DNA of 64,000 bases from Acidobacteriota bacterium. GTDB taxonomy: Bacteria > Acidobacteriota > Thermoanaerobaculia > Multivoradales > UBA5704. The notes under the pieces were generated by a model that ran no database searches, was not told the DNA's origin, and saw only the letters and a program-made list of their open reading frames with translations. Below, piece after piece: positions 19,250 to 49,492 of this stretch. A program made the translations under genes and the position numbers. Numbering within the stretch: position 1 is the first letter of the stretch; each line of letters begins with the position of its first letter. Where the stretch lies: the NCBI GenBank assembly GCA_040005235.1, contig JBDTZG010000001.1:128001-192000 (forward strand), given 5' to 3'.

Positions 19250-21663
19250 TCCGCTCCCATCTTTTCCAGATGCTTCTCGACACGAGTAGTGAGTGCCGCC
19301 ATTTCGTTGATGAGCTTCGGCAGCGGCGTGGCATACCTCTCGGCCAGCTCGCGGATGCGGCCGGTGAGGGTCTGAGAAACGCGGTCCAGCTCGCCCCGCA
19401 CGTTGGCCTCAAGCCGCGCCATCCACTTGTCGTCCACCACCAGCGTCTTGATCTCGGCCGCGGTGAGCTTCGAGTATTTCTCATAGGCCAGCGCATCGAG
19501 CGCGGCCTCCTGCTCCTTCACCGTGCGTTTGAGCACCGTTTCGCTCTCGGCCAGCTCCAGCCAGCGTTTGAGCACCGCCGCCTCGGCTTTGGCATCCTTG
19601 TCGCCTTTGATCTCCTTGAGCCGGGCGGTGACGTCGGCCTTGGCGATCCTGTCGAGCGCTCCCAGATAGCCCTCCTCGCCGCCGTGCTCCTCTTCCAGCT
19701 CGGCGAGACCGGCGGTGGCGGCTTCGAGGTGGGTCTGCTTCGCCTCGATCCGAGCTTCCTCCTTGGCGAAATAGCAGGCGACGATCAGCGGCTTGGGGAT
19801 CAGATCGCAGACCCAGCCCTTATCCTTTTGCTTACCCTTCTTGTCGGTCTCGACGATGCGGGACGGCACAGCGACCCAGCCGTCGGCGGCGATTAGGTAG
19901 GCGTCGTCCTGCATGGTCTCGGCCCAATAGTCCATCAGGTGCTGGTAGACGTCATAGGCATCGAGCAATGGCGCCTGGCGAAACGCCGCGAGAAGATCCT
20001 CGGCAAGGGACTCGATCAGCGCCTTGGGGTGGCCGTCTTTCCCGAAGCCCGTAAGGCGCGGCGTCATGGCCTTGCGCCAAGTGGCGAAACTCTTCGTCGC
20101 CTTCTTCTGGAACGCGGCGAACTCGGCGTGGCCGAGGATGCCGGATTTCACCTCGGCTATCGGTAGCTTGAGGCGCGCGTAACCGCGCCGACCCGCAGAT
20201 TTGAATAGATCGGCGCGCACGCCGGGAAGAACCTGCCAGTACGCAACGAGCGCGTCGAGATCACGCTCCGGAATGCCGCCGCGCAGGTGGCCGTCGATGT
20301 CCTGAAGATCCTCGGGCTCCGTGCTGTCGATGTAGCGCGGCAGATTGAGGTTGAAGTCGTTCTTCGGATCGGCGATCTCGTCCCGCGGCACCATCCGGGC
20401 GTAGCGTGGAGCGTCCACCTGTTTGGTGAAGACGTCGACGATGCGGTGGATGTCCTGCTCGCGCAGACGGTTCTTCGGGCCGTCCTTGAGGAAGCCCTTC
20501 GAGGCGTCGATCATGAACACGCCCTTGCGGCCCGCGGCGTTCTCCTTGTCGAGCACCACGATGCAGGCGGGGATGCCGGTGCCGAAGAAGAGGTTCGCGG
20601 GCAGCCCGATGATCCCCTTGAGAACGCCCGAGAGAACGAGCTGCCGGCGGATCGTCGCCTCCGCATTTCCGCGGAACAAAACACCATGGGGGAGAATGCA
20701 GGCGCCTTTGCCCGTGCCTTTCATCGAGCGAATGATGTGCAGCAGATAGGCATAGTCGCCCTGCTTGGCGGGCGGCTCGCCCCAGGCGAAGCGCTCGTAC
20801 GGGTCGTTCGAAGGCGTGAGGCCGGTCGACCAGGTCTTGTCGGAGAACGGCGGATTGGCGACGACGTAGTCGTAGGTACGGAGCTTCTTCTCGCCGTCCT
20901 TGAACTTCGGCGCGGCCAGCGTGTCTCCCGGGAGGATGTTGGCCGTCGGGAAGTCGTGCAGGATCATGTTCATGCGCGCCAGGCCCGCGGTGGTCACGTC
21001 CTTCTCTTGGCCTTCCAACGTGATGCGCTTGCCGGCCTGGGCCGCTACTTTGAGCAGCAGCGAGCCCGAGCCGCAGGTCGGGTCGTAAGCGGTGGTGGAG
21101 GCCTTTGCCTTCGCCGGCGAGATCCCGATCACTTGGGCGATCACGCGGCTCACCTCGGCGGGGGTGTAGAACTGTCCCTTGCTCTTGCCGCTTTCGGTGG
21201 CGAAGTGCCGCATCAGGTACTCGTAGGCGTCGCCGAGGATGTCGTCGTGATCGGCGCGATTCTGCGAGAAGTCGAGCTGGGGGCTGGCAAAGATATTGAT
21301 CAGGCCGGTGAGGCGCTCGACCTTCGCCGGCCCCTCGCCGAGTTTGTTCGAGTCGTTGAAATCGGGGAAGTCGCTGCGGGCCAGCCGGGCATTGGCCTCT
21401 ACGAGCGGCGCGATGACCTTCGTGTTGATCTTGTCGCCGATGTCGTCCTTGCCCCGAAGCTTGAGCATGTCTTCGAAGCTGGCACCTTTGGGGATCGTGA
21501 CCGGGGGGGCGAAGTCGGCGCTGTTGCCGTATTTGTCCGTGATGTACTTGATGAACAGGAGGAACAGAACGTAGTCCTTGTACTGACTGGCGTCCATGCC
21601 GCCGCGGAGCAAATCGCACGAGGCCCAGATGGAGGAGTAGAGATCGGATTTCTTGATCGGCAT
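19240..21663 (-). CDS. hsdM: Type I restriction-modification N6-adenine methyltransferase subunit M
   Basis: MPIKKSDLYSSIW start, GQFYTP, DPTCGSGSLL (motif I) and ANPPF (motif IV). Confidence 0.96.
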   Translation of the reverse strand: MPIKKSDLYSSIWASCDLLRGGMDASQYKDYVLFLLFIKYITDKYGNSADFAPPVTIPKGASFEDMLKLRGKDDIGDKINTKVIAPLVEANARLARSDFPDFNDSNKLGEGPAKVERLTGLINIFASPQLDFSQNRADHDDILGDAYEYLMRHFATESGKSKGQFYTPAEVSRVIAQVIGISPAKAKASTTAYDPTCGSGSLLLKVAAQAGKRITLEGQEKDVTTAGLARMNMILHDFPTANILPGDTLAAPKFKDGEKKLRTYDYVVANPPFSDKTWSTGLTPSNDPYERFAWGEPPAKQGDYAYLLHIIRSMKGTGKGACILPHGVLFRGNAEATIRRQLVLSGVLKGIIGLPANLFFGTGIPACIVVLDKENAAGRKGVFMIDASKGFLKDGPKNRLREQDIHRIVDVFTKQVDAPRYARMVPRDEIADPKNDFNLNLPRYIDSTEPEDLQDIDGHLRGGIPERDLDALVAYWQVLPGVRADLFKSAGRRGYARLKLPIAEVKSGILGHAEFAAFQKKATKSFATWRKAMTPRLTGFGKDGHPKALIESLAEDLLAAFRQAPLLDAYDVYQHLMDYWAETMQDDAYLIAADGWVAVPSRIVETDKKGKQKDKGWVCDLIPKPLIVACYFAKEEARIEAKQTHLEAATAGLAELEEEHGGEEGYLGALDRIAKADVTARLKEIKGDKDAKAEAAVLKRWLELAESETVLKRTVKEQEAALDALAYEKYSKLTAAEIKTLVVDDKWMARLEANVRGELDRVSQTLTGRIRELAERYATPLPKLINEMAALTTRVEKHLEKMGAEWK

Positions 21664-21718
21664 GGGGGCCGAAAGTATGTCCCACATTCCTCTCCGACGG
21701 TTTGCGAGCCCTTCCGAT

Positions 21719-22990
21719 TTAGGGTGCCCCGACCCGCCACCAGGCAAACCCATACCGCTCCGCCCCCGGATTCTGAATCGGGCTCACCACAGCCAGCCCC
21801 CCGCCTTTCAGGAACGTCAACGCCAGGTACTCGCCTCCGGGGTCGCGGGGGAGGGGCTGGCCTCCTTTCTGCGGGGTGCGGCTCCAGGTGTCGGGCTGGA
21901 AGGGTGGCGCTTCGAGGGTTCGGGGCGGCGCGTTGCCGGGGGCGAGTTGGAAGCGGGCCACGTGGGCTTGCATCGTGGCGGCCGGGCCGGAGAACCAGGT
22001 GGCCGCCAGCTCTCCGGCGCCTTGGGCGACGAGGTAGGGGAAGTACATGAGGTCTTGGCTTTGGACGACGTGCCAGGTCGACCAGGTGGCGCCTTGGTCG
22101 GCGGAGCGGGCGAGCCAGAGGCCTTCTTCGTTGGACCCTAGGGAATAGATATGGCCTTGGGCGTCCCAGGCGATCGGCTCGACCCAGCGGGGCAATGGGT
22201 CGTCGTCGGGGAAGGGGAAGGGCCATGCGCGGTGGCCGGGGGCCGGGTGCTTGCTCCAGGTTCTGCCGCCGTTGGTGCTGACCGCAATGAGATCGACGCC
22301 CGGGTGGTTCTTGTTGCCCGAGGCCGAGTAGGGCGTCACGCGCACGGCGATTTCGCCGCGGGGTCCGACCGCGAGGTGGCTCGATCCGCCCTGGGGGGTG
22401 ATCCGGTCCTGTTCGACCCAGGTGCGGCCGTCGTCCGGGCTGGTCGCGTGGCAGACGCCCTCGCCGTCGTTCCAAATCACGTGCGGGACTCCGTCCGACG
22501 CCACCTCGACCCAGGGCCGGTCGTCGAACCGGGTCTTCGACAGCAGCGTCCAGGTCCAGGTGGCCCCGGCGTCGCGGCTGACGCCGATGCTGATCTGGAC
22601 CCCTTCCGACGTCTGCCGATCGAAGAGCATGGACACGAAATAGAGGGTGCCGTTCGGGGCGACCGCGAGATCCACGTCCGAATTGCCGATCGCGCCTTGG
22701 GCCTCCGTTCCGACGTTCACGCGGTCCCAGGTGGCGCCCTCATCCCGGCTGGCCCAGAGCGTCGGCGTGCTCTCGCCATAGCCGGCGACGAACAGCGTCC
22801 CGCTGGGATGCTCGACGACCATCGGCTCCCGGGTGCGCTGGCCGAGGTGCTCGACGGGCGGGGCCAGGATCAGCGCGGTAGCCTCCGGCGCCCGGGGGAG
22901 GCGCGCGGCGTCAGGGGCGAGAGAGCAGCCGGCCGCGAGCGCCAGAAGGCTTGAGCACAGGAACGTCGTTGGAATTCGTTCGAACATCAT
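21719..22990 (-). CDS. BNR/Asp-box (sialidase-like) beta-propeller lipoprotein
   Basis: Lipobox LAAGC and five Asp-boxes (SRDEGATW, SRDAGATW, SPDDGRTW, STNGGRTW, SADQGATW). Confidence 0.88.
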   Translation of the reverse strand: MMFERIPTTFLCSSLLALAAGCSLAPDAARLPRAPEATALILAPPVEHLGQRTREPMVVEHPSGTLFVAGYGESTPTLWASRDEGATWDRVNVGTEAQGAIGNSDVDLAVAPNGTLYFVSMLFDRQTSEGVQISIGVSRDAGATWTWTLLSKTRFDDRPWVEVASDGVPHVIWNDGEGVCHATSPDDGRTWVEQDRITPQGGSSHLAVGPRGEIAVRVTPYSASGNKNHPGVDLIAVSTNGGRTWSKHPAPGHRAWPFPFPDDDPLPRWVEPIAWDAQGHIYSLGSNEEGLWLARSADQGATWSTWHVVQSQDLMYFPYLVAQGAGELAATWFSGPAATMQAHVARFQLAPGNAPPRTLEAPPFQPDTWSRTPQKGGQPLPRDPGGEYLALTFLKGGGLAVVSPIQNPGAERYGFAWWRVGAP

Positions 22991-23569
22991 CGGAAGCCTC
23001 AGCGCGGAGCGTAACACCGCGGAATCTTGGAGCCTTTCCTGGGACCGCCGAGCACCAGCTCGGCACCGAGGCGGCGCAGATGTCAAAAACAGCCGAGCTG
23101 GTGCTCGGCAGCGTGCGCCGGCCGCGAACGGCGCCGTAAAGCCGCTATCGGCTGTCGACGGCGGCTCAGCGGTCTTCGAGAGCGGCTATCCGGCTCTGGA
23201 TTCCGCCATCGCCCGTGGAACCCCGCTATCGAGAACGGGATAGCTGGCATCGCTCCTCGAAAGCCGCTATCGCTCGCGAAGAGCGACGTTGCGGCTGCTG
23301 CGAGCGGCCGTCGGTCTCGGATAGCCGTTCTACGTCAAGGAATTGCTCGTTTTTCCTTCTGCATCCCGCTCTCCGCGCCGGACGCCCGAATCCAGCGGCG
23401 GAAAGCCGCTTTCGACGGCCGCGCCGCCGTGGCGGCGGCCGCATTCGCCCAGCGGGACTCGCTGAGCGATAGCGCCGCCCACAGATCGGCTGCCATCACG
23501 CCATTGGCTCCGCCGAGGCGGATCGGCTGGGAGATGCCGAGACCGCGAGTGGTCTGCCTTACGTGGCGC

Positions 23570-24010
23570 TTACTGAGGTGCCTGAACGGGGTTGTAAGTG
23601 GCGAGGCGTTCCGAATTGGCTGCAGCCAGGAGGAGGCGGTCGGAGCAGGCAAAGGTGACGTCCAGACCGTTCTCCTGAAGCAGGAGGGCGCTTGCGAGGT
23701 GGAGGGCGTCGGCGCCTCGAAGCGGGTGGTTCTCGCAAAGCCCAGGTACGAGAGCCAGGACTTCGGCTCCGATCGGCACCTGCGTGAACCCCTGCCAGTC
23801 CTCCGCCCAACGGACGACGAGCTCTTCAAACTCGTCGGGATGCAAGAGACCTTCGCGCCGACGACGGGCGAAGGTGGCGTGCATCTCGGCAAATGCCAGA
23901 TGAGAGGCGGCCATCGGTTCTCCCGGGGCCGTCAGTGCGCGCATCTGCTCGGAACCGCGTTCCTCGACATAGAGTTTGACCAGAACGCTCGTGTCGACAA
24001 AGACAATCAA
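23570..24010 (-). CDS. vapC: VapC-family PIN-domain toxin
   Basis: FVDTSVLVKLYVEE.GS, LRGADALHLASA and CSD..L..AA acidic PIN residues. The start overlaps the antitoxin stop. Confidence 0.9.
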   Translation of the reverse strand: MIVFVDTSVLVKLYVEERGSEQMRALTAPGEPMAASHLAFAEMHATFARRRREGLLHPDEFEELVVRWAEDWQGFTQVPIGAEVLALVPGLCENHPLRGADALHLASALLLQENGLDVTFACSDRLLLAAANSERLATYNPVQAPQ

Positions 24011-24291
24011 CGCCGATCCTCAAGGACCATCTCGGAGGCCAGCTTGCTTCGATTTGGAACCGCCGGCCGTTGGAACGCGGTTCGTAACGCGCGTTTTGGC
24101 AGTTCCACCAGACCGCGGGCTCCCAGCTCGGCCAGGAGCGCCTCTTGGTCCAAGCTCCGAACCTGAGCCATGGGTACCAGCGCAGCCACCGGTTGGCCCC
24201 CTCGGAGCACGACGATTTGTTCGCCGGCTTCAGCCCGCTGCAGGTAGCTGGAGAGTTGATCCTTCAGGACGCGAGTGCTCACGGTAGACAT
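24007..24291 (-). CDS. Phd/YefM-family antitoxin
   Basis: VSTRVLKDQLSSYLQRAEAGEQIVVLRGGQPVAALVP; AGGAGG RBS before ATG at 24291. Confidence 0.9.
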   Translation of the reverse strand: MSTVSTRVLKDQLSSYLQRAEAGEQIVVLRGGQPVAALVPMAQVRSLDQEALLAELGARGLVELPKRALRTAFQRPAVPNRSKLASEMVLEDRR

Positions 24292-24300
24292 GGCGGCCCT

Positions 24301-24339
24301 CCTGCGGCCATTGTAGCCGCAGGCCGCTCCGTCAAACAA
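24301..24339 (-). promoter_or_regulatory. TA promoter with a palindromic operator
   Basis: A -10 TACAAT (24315-24310) is bracketed by the perfect 8-bp inverted repeat CCTGCGGC/GCCGCAGG. TTG-containing -35 candidates lie at 24339 and 24335. Confidence 0.65.
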
Positions 24340-24354
24340 TTCCTCCAGAAACCT

Positions 24355-24822
24355 TCAGGGTTGGTAGGGCCCTTTGACCTCGCCCCACCCCCAATGGGGC
24401 ATGGGGGCGTAGGGATCGACTTCGGCCCCGGGCTGAGAGTTGATCACGGCCAGGCGCGAGCCCCATTCGAGGTAGCCGACCAGCGCGGAGCGAAATTCCG
24501 GATCGTCGGGCAGGCCGAGCTGATCGGCGGTATCCAAGAGCAGCGCGACCCAGGTGCGCCGCTGCTCTTGGGTCAGATGCCGGTTCAAATGCTGGCGAAT
24601 CATGTGCGGGTGCCCGCCGTGCTCCGCCGAATAGGTGGCGGGTCCGCCGAGAACCTCGGCGAGGAAGGCTGCGACGTGGCGCGGGTGGTCCGCTCCCATG
24701 TGGGCGAAAATAGAGGCCAGCACCGGCTCGTCGGGGACCCGGTCGTAGAACCGCGTGATCAGACGCTCCAGCGCCGGCAGGCCGCCGATCCATTCGTAAA
24801 GGCTTGGGATGTTTCCTGACAT
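24355..24822 (-). CDS. Truncated hemoglobin (group II-like bacterial globin)
   Basis: SLYEWIGG, FYDRV..EPVLASIF, FLAEVLGGP..YS...GHPHMIRQH and EQRRTW. Confidence 0.9.
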   Translation of the reverse strand: MSGNIPSLYEWIGGLPALERLITRFYDRVPDEPVLASIFAHMGADHPRHVAAFLAEVLGGPATYSAEHGGHPHMIRQHLNRHLTQEQRRTWVALLLDTADQLGLPDDPEFRSALVGYLEWGSRLAVINSQPGAEVDPYAPMPHWGWGEVKGPYQP

Positions 24823-25340
24823 CGTCTACTCCTGTGGCTCGTATGCTACCGCCGCACGCACCGAAACCAGGCGCCTTTCCCGGGAAAGAAGCGAAAGAAG
24901 TAAAAGACGCTGGCCCAGTCCTCGTTCCACCAACAAGCCCAAGCGCCCCCATACATCCGATTCGCCAAGCTCAGCCGTACTGAATCTCAAGCGGGCCAGA
25001 TGTAGGGGCCGGCTGCGGCTTCGGCGTCCCCGTTAAGAGGGCTTAGGCCCTGTAAATTCAGCTCGTTGCGCGATGCCTCGCACAGTCGTAGACAGCCTTC
25101 CCAACGTCCCGGTTCGGCTTGCCGATCGCACTATCCATCGGGTGGACTTTCGTGCCGTTCGAAGGGAGCTGCCGCGCATGGCTCCCTTCGCTTCCCAGCC
25201 AACGACAACATAAGGATGGCGCCTGGACCCCTGGCGGGTCGGCGGCACATCTTAAAAAGCGCCGCGGTACGGGTAGCGGCGTTTGCGCTGCGTACGACTT
25301 TTCAAGTTTGACGTAGCCCGCAGGAGAAGGAGAGGACCGG

Positions 25341-28300
25341 ATGAGCAGCATCGACGATCTGGGCAGCGCCGCCGGGCTTTCGGAGCAGGACCGGGAGCTG
25401 CTGGCCCTGTTGCTTGCCGAAGAGGGGGTCGAGCTGTCGGAGAGCGCGGCGATTCCGAAGCGTGCGATGGAGCTTCGGGGCGAGGCGCCTCTTTCCTGGT
25501 CGCAGGAGCGGCTGTGGGTGATCGACCGGATGGCGCCGGGCACCTCGACGCTCGACATCCCGGTCTCCGTGCGCCTGCTCGGCCGGCTCGACCGCGACGT
25601 GTTGGCGCGCTGCTTCGCCGAGATCGCCCGCCGGCACGAGTCGCTGCGCACCCGTTTCGTCGAGCGCGGCGGCGTGCCGCGCCAGGTGATCGATCCTCCC
25701 GTGGCGGACACCGCCGGGCACCTCGCGCTCGCCCAGCCCTTGGTCGATCTGGTGGGCCTTTCCGCCGGGCGTTGGGATGTCGAGATGCACCGCCTCGCCG
25801 CCGAGGACACCCGCCGCTCGTTCGACCTCGCGCGCGGCCCGTTGTTTTCGACCGTCTTGATCCGCCGGAGCCCCGACGAGCACGCGCTGCTGCTCAACAT
25901 TCATCACATCGTGACCGATGGCTGGTCGATGGGCGTGCTGATCGGCGAGCTGTCGGCGCTGTACCCCAAGGTCGCGGCGGCGGCCGCCGCCGGTCCGGCG
26001 GGGACGTTCGTGCCGCTGCCCGAGCTGCCGGTGCAGTACGCCGACTTCGCGGTCTGGCAGCGCGAGCGGTTGGGGGCCGACCAGGGGTTTGCCGAGCAGC
26101 TCAAATACTGGCGCGACCGCCTGACCGGCGTGCCGGCGCTGGAGCTGCCGACCGATCTGGCGCGGCCGGCGATCCAGAGCTTCCGCGGCGGCAGCGAGGT
26201 CCGCGTTTTGCCGCCGCCGCTCGCGGCGGGGCTGGCCGAGATGGCGCGGATGACCAGCGCCTCCCCCTACATGGTGCTGCTCGCGGTCTTCTCGCTGGTG
26301 CTCGGCCGCCTGTCGGGACAGGAGGACTTTGCGATCGGCAGCCCGATCGCCGGCCGCGGCCGGCCGGAGCTGGAAGGGCTGATCGGGTTCTTCCTGAACT
26401 CGCTCGCTCTGCGCGCCGACCTGTCGGGCAATCCGACCTTCCGCGAGCTGGTCGGCCGCGCGCGCGACACGGCGCTCGGCGCCTACGCCAACCAGGACGT
26501 GCCGTTCGAGCGGCTGCTCGGCGAGCTGGATGTCGAGCGCGATCTTTCGCGGACGCCGATCTTCCAGGTGCTGCTCAACATGCTGAACCTGCCGCGCGCC
26601 GAAGCGCGGTTCGAGGGCCTCGCGATCGAGCCGATCTCGGTGCCCGAGGTCGAATCGAAATTCGACCTCACCATCTACGCCTCCGAGTCGGCGGATGGGC
26701 TGATGCTGCGCCTGGTCTACAACGCCGACCTGTTCACCGCGGAGCGGATGCGCGAGCTGCTCGCCCAGCTCGAAGGCGCGCTGGTCCAGGCGTTTGCGGC
26801 GCCCGATCGGCCGATCTCGCAGATCCGCCTGCGGACCGCGGCGGCGGATGCCGGTTTGCCCGATCCGAAGGCGCCGCTCGACGCCACCTGGCGCGGCTCG
26901 GTGGTCGATCTGTTCCGGGACCAGGCGGCGCGCCGGCCGGAGCGCTTGGCGGTGACCGATCGCGCCGGCTCCTGGAGCTACGGCGAGCTGGCGGAAGCCT
27001 CGACGCGGATCGCCGCGCGGCTGCGCCGTCCGGGGGAAGGTTGGGCAGGCTTGGCGCGCGGCGAGCGGGTGGCGATCTGGACCCATCGGAGCGCGGCTCT
27101 CCCGGCCGCGGTGCTCGGCGCGCTCGAAGCGGGCGGCGTGTTTGCGATGCTCGATCCGGCTTATCCGGCGGAGCGGATTGTCGCGATGCTCGATCTCGCC
27201 GAGCCGCGGGCGTTCGTCCGTCTCGAAGCCGCGGGGCCGCTGCCGCCGGAAGTCGACGAATGGCTCGCGCGCGCCGGGGCGATCCGGGTGGACCTTCCCG
27301 CGGGCGGCGCGGCGGCGGTGCTGGAATCTTTGCCGGTTGCCGAAGAAAGCGCCGAAAGCCCCGGAAGCGAGACGATCGAGATCGGCCCGGACGATCCGGC
27401 GCTCGTCGCGTTCACTTCCGGCTCGACCGGCCAGCCGAAGGGAATCGTCGGCCGGCACGGGCCGCTCTCGCATTTCCTGCCTTGGCAGTGCGCGGAAATG
27501 GCGCTCTCGGAAAGTGACGTGTTCAGCCTGCTCTCCGGCCTCGCGCACGATCCGTTGCAGCGCGATCTGTTCACGCCGCTCAGCTTGGGCGCCGCGATCG
27601 CCGTGCCCGATCCGAGCGACATTGCGACCCCCGGCCGGCTCGCCGCCTGGATGGCCGAGCGGGGAGTCTCGGTCGCCCACTTGACCCCGGCGATGGGCCA
27701 GCTGATCGCGGAATCCGCCGAGCTGTCGGCGTCGCGCGGCGTGCCGGTGGCGGTGCCGTCGCTGCGTCGTGCTCTGCTGGTGGGCGATGCACTCACCCGG
27801 CTCGACGTAGCGAGGCTCGAACGGATCGCGCCGAACCTCACCTGCATCAACCTCTACGGCTCGACCGAGACCCAGCGCGCGGTGGCGTATCACGTGGTCG
27901 AACGGACGCCGGCGCGGGGCGAGATTGGGTCCGTCCCGCAGCTACTGGCTGCTGCCGAAGGCGCCCGAAGGAGCGAGGAGGCGGACCCAACCTCGCCCTC
28001 GGCCGCCACGCAGCGCGAAATCCTGCCCCTTGGCCGCGGCATGCAGGACGTGCAGCTTCTGGTGCTCGATGCGGAAGGCCGGCCGGCGGGCTTCGGCGAG
28101 GTGGGCGAGATCGCGGTGCGCAGCCCTCATCTGGCGGCCGGCTATCTGGGCGATCCGGAGATGACCCGGGCGCGCTTCGTGATCTCGCAAGAGGCCGCGG
28201 CCGATCCGGCCGATCGGATGTACAAGACCGGCGACCTCGGCCGCTACCGGCTGGATGGCGAGGTCGAGTTCGTGGCGCGCGCCGATGCGCAGGTGAAGAT

Positions 28301-28969
28301 CCGCGGCTTCCGAATCGAGCCGGGGGAGATCGAGGCGGCGCTTTCGCGCCACGGCGGAGTGCGCGAGGCGGTGGTCGTCGCGCGGACGGACGACAACGGC
28401 GCCAAGCGGCTGGTGGCCTATTACGTCGTCGCCCCCGGCGCGCCCACGCCTTCGGCCGAAGAGCTGGGCGAGTTTCTACGCGCGCGGCTGCCGGAGTACA
28501 TGGTGCCGGCGCTCTGGCTGGCGCTCGAACGGTTGCCGCTCACGCCGAACGGCAAGATCGACCGCCGGGCGCTGCCCGCGCCGCGCGCGGCTTCGACCGC
28601 CTCGGCCGAATACGTGGCGCCCAAAACCGACACCGAGCGGGCGATCGCCGAGGTCTGGCGCGAGGTGCTGGGGCTCGACCGGGTCGGCCGTCACGACAAG
28701 TTTTTCGCCCTCGGCGGCCACTCGCTGCTGCTGGTGCGCGCGCATGGACGATTGGCCGAGAAACTGGGCCGCGAGATCGCGGTGATCGACCTGTTCCGCC
28801 ACCCTGACGTGGCGTCGCTCGGCCGATTCTTGGACGGCGGCGCCACGTCGGACGTCGCCGCGGTCGAGGCGCGCGCGGAGGTGATCGAAGCGGGCAAGGA
28901 CCGCCGCCGGATGCGGCTCGAACGAAGGCAGGGGGCCGGTCCATCCGGCGTTACGTATGGGGACGAGCG

Positions 28970-28973
<4 letters not shown>
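25341..28973 (+). CDS. NRPS 1: C-A(Lys2/aminoadipate-like)-T
   Basis: HHIVTDG; AFTSGSTGQPKG; SGLAHDPLQRD; NLYGSTETQRA; GGHSL. Strong AGGAG-rich RBS. Confidence 0.95.

Positions 28974-49488
<20,515 letters not shown>

Positions 49489-49492
<4 letters not shown>

Noticed and set aside
12731-21718. RM operon as a discrete mobile element
   Set aside because: No integrase, transposase, tRNA or flanking direct repeats were seen.
23140-23275. CRISPR-like array
   Set aside because: Units are too short and degenerate, there is no repeat-spacer structure, and no cas genes are present.
23027-24166. 379-aa plus-strand ORF
   Set aside because: Overlaps vapC and the antitoxin antisense; no recognisable domain.
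25265-25285. Possible ops element (GGGTAGCGGCG)
   Set aside because: Does not match GGCGGTAGnnTG well enough to call.
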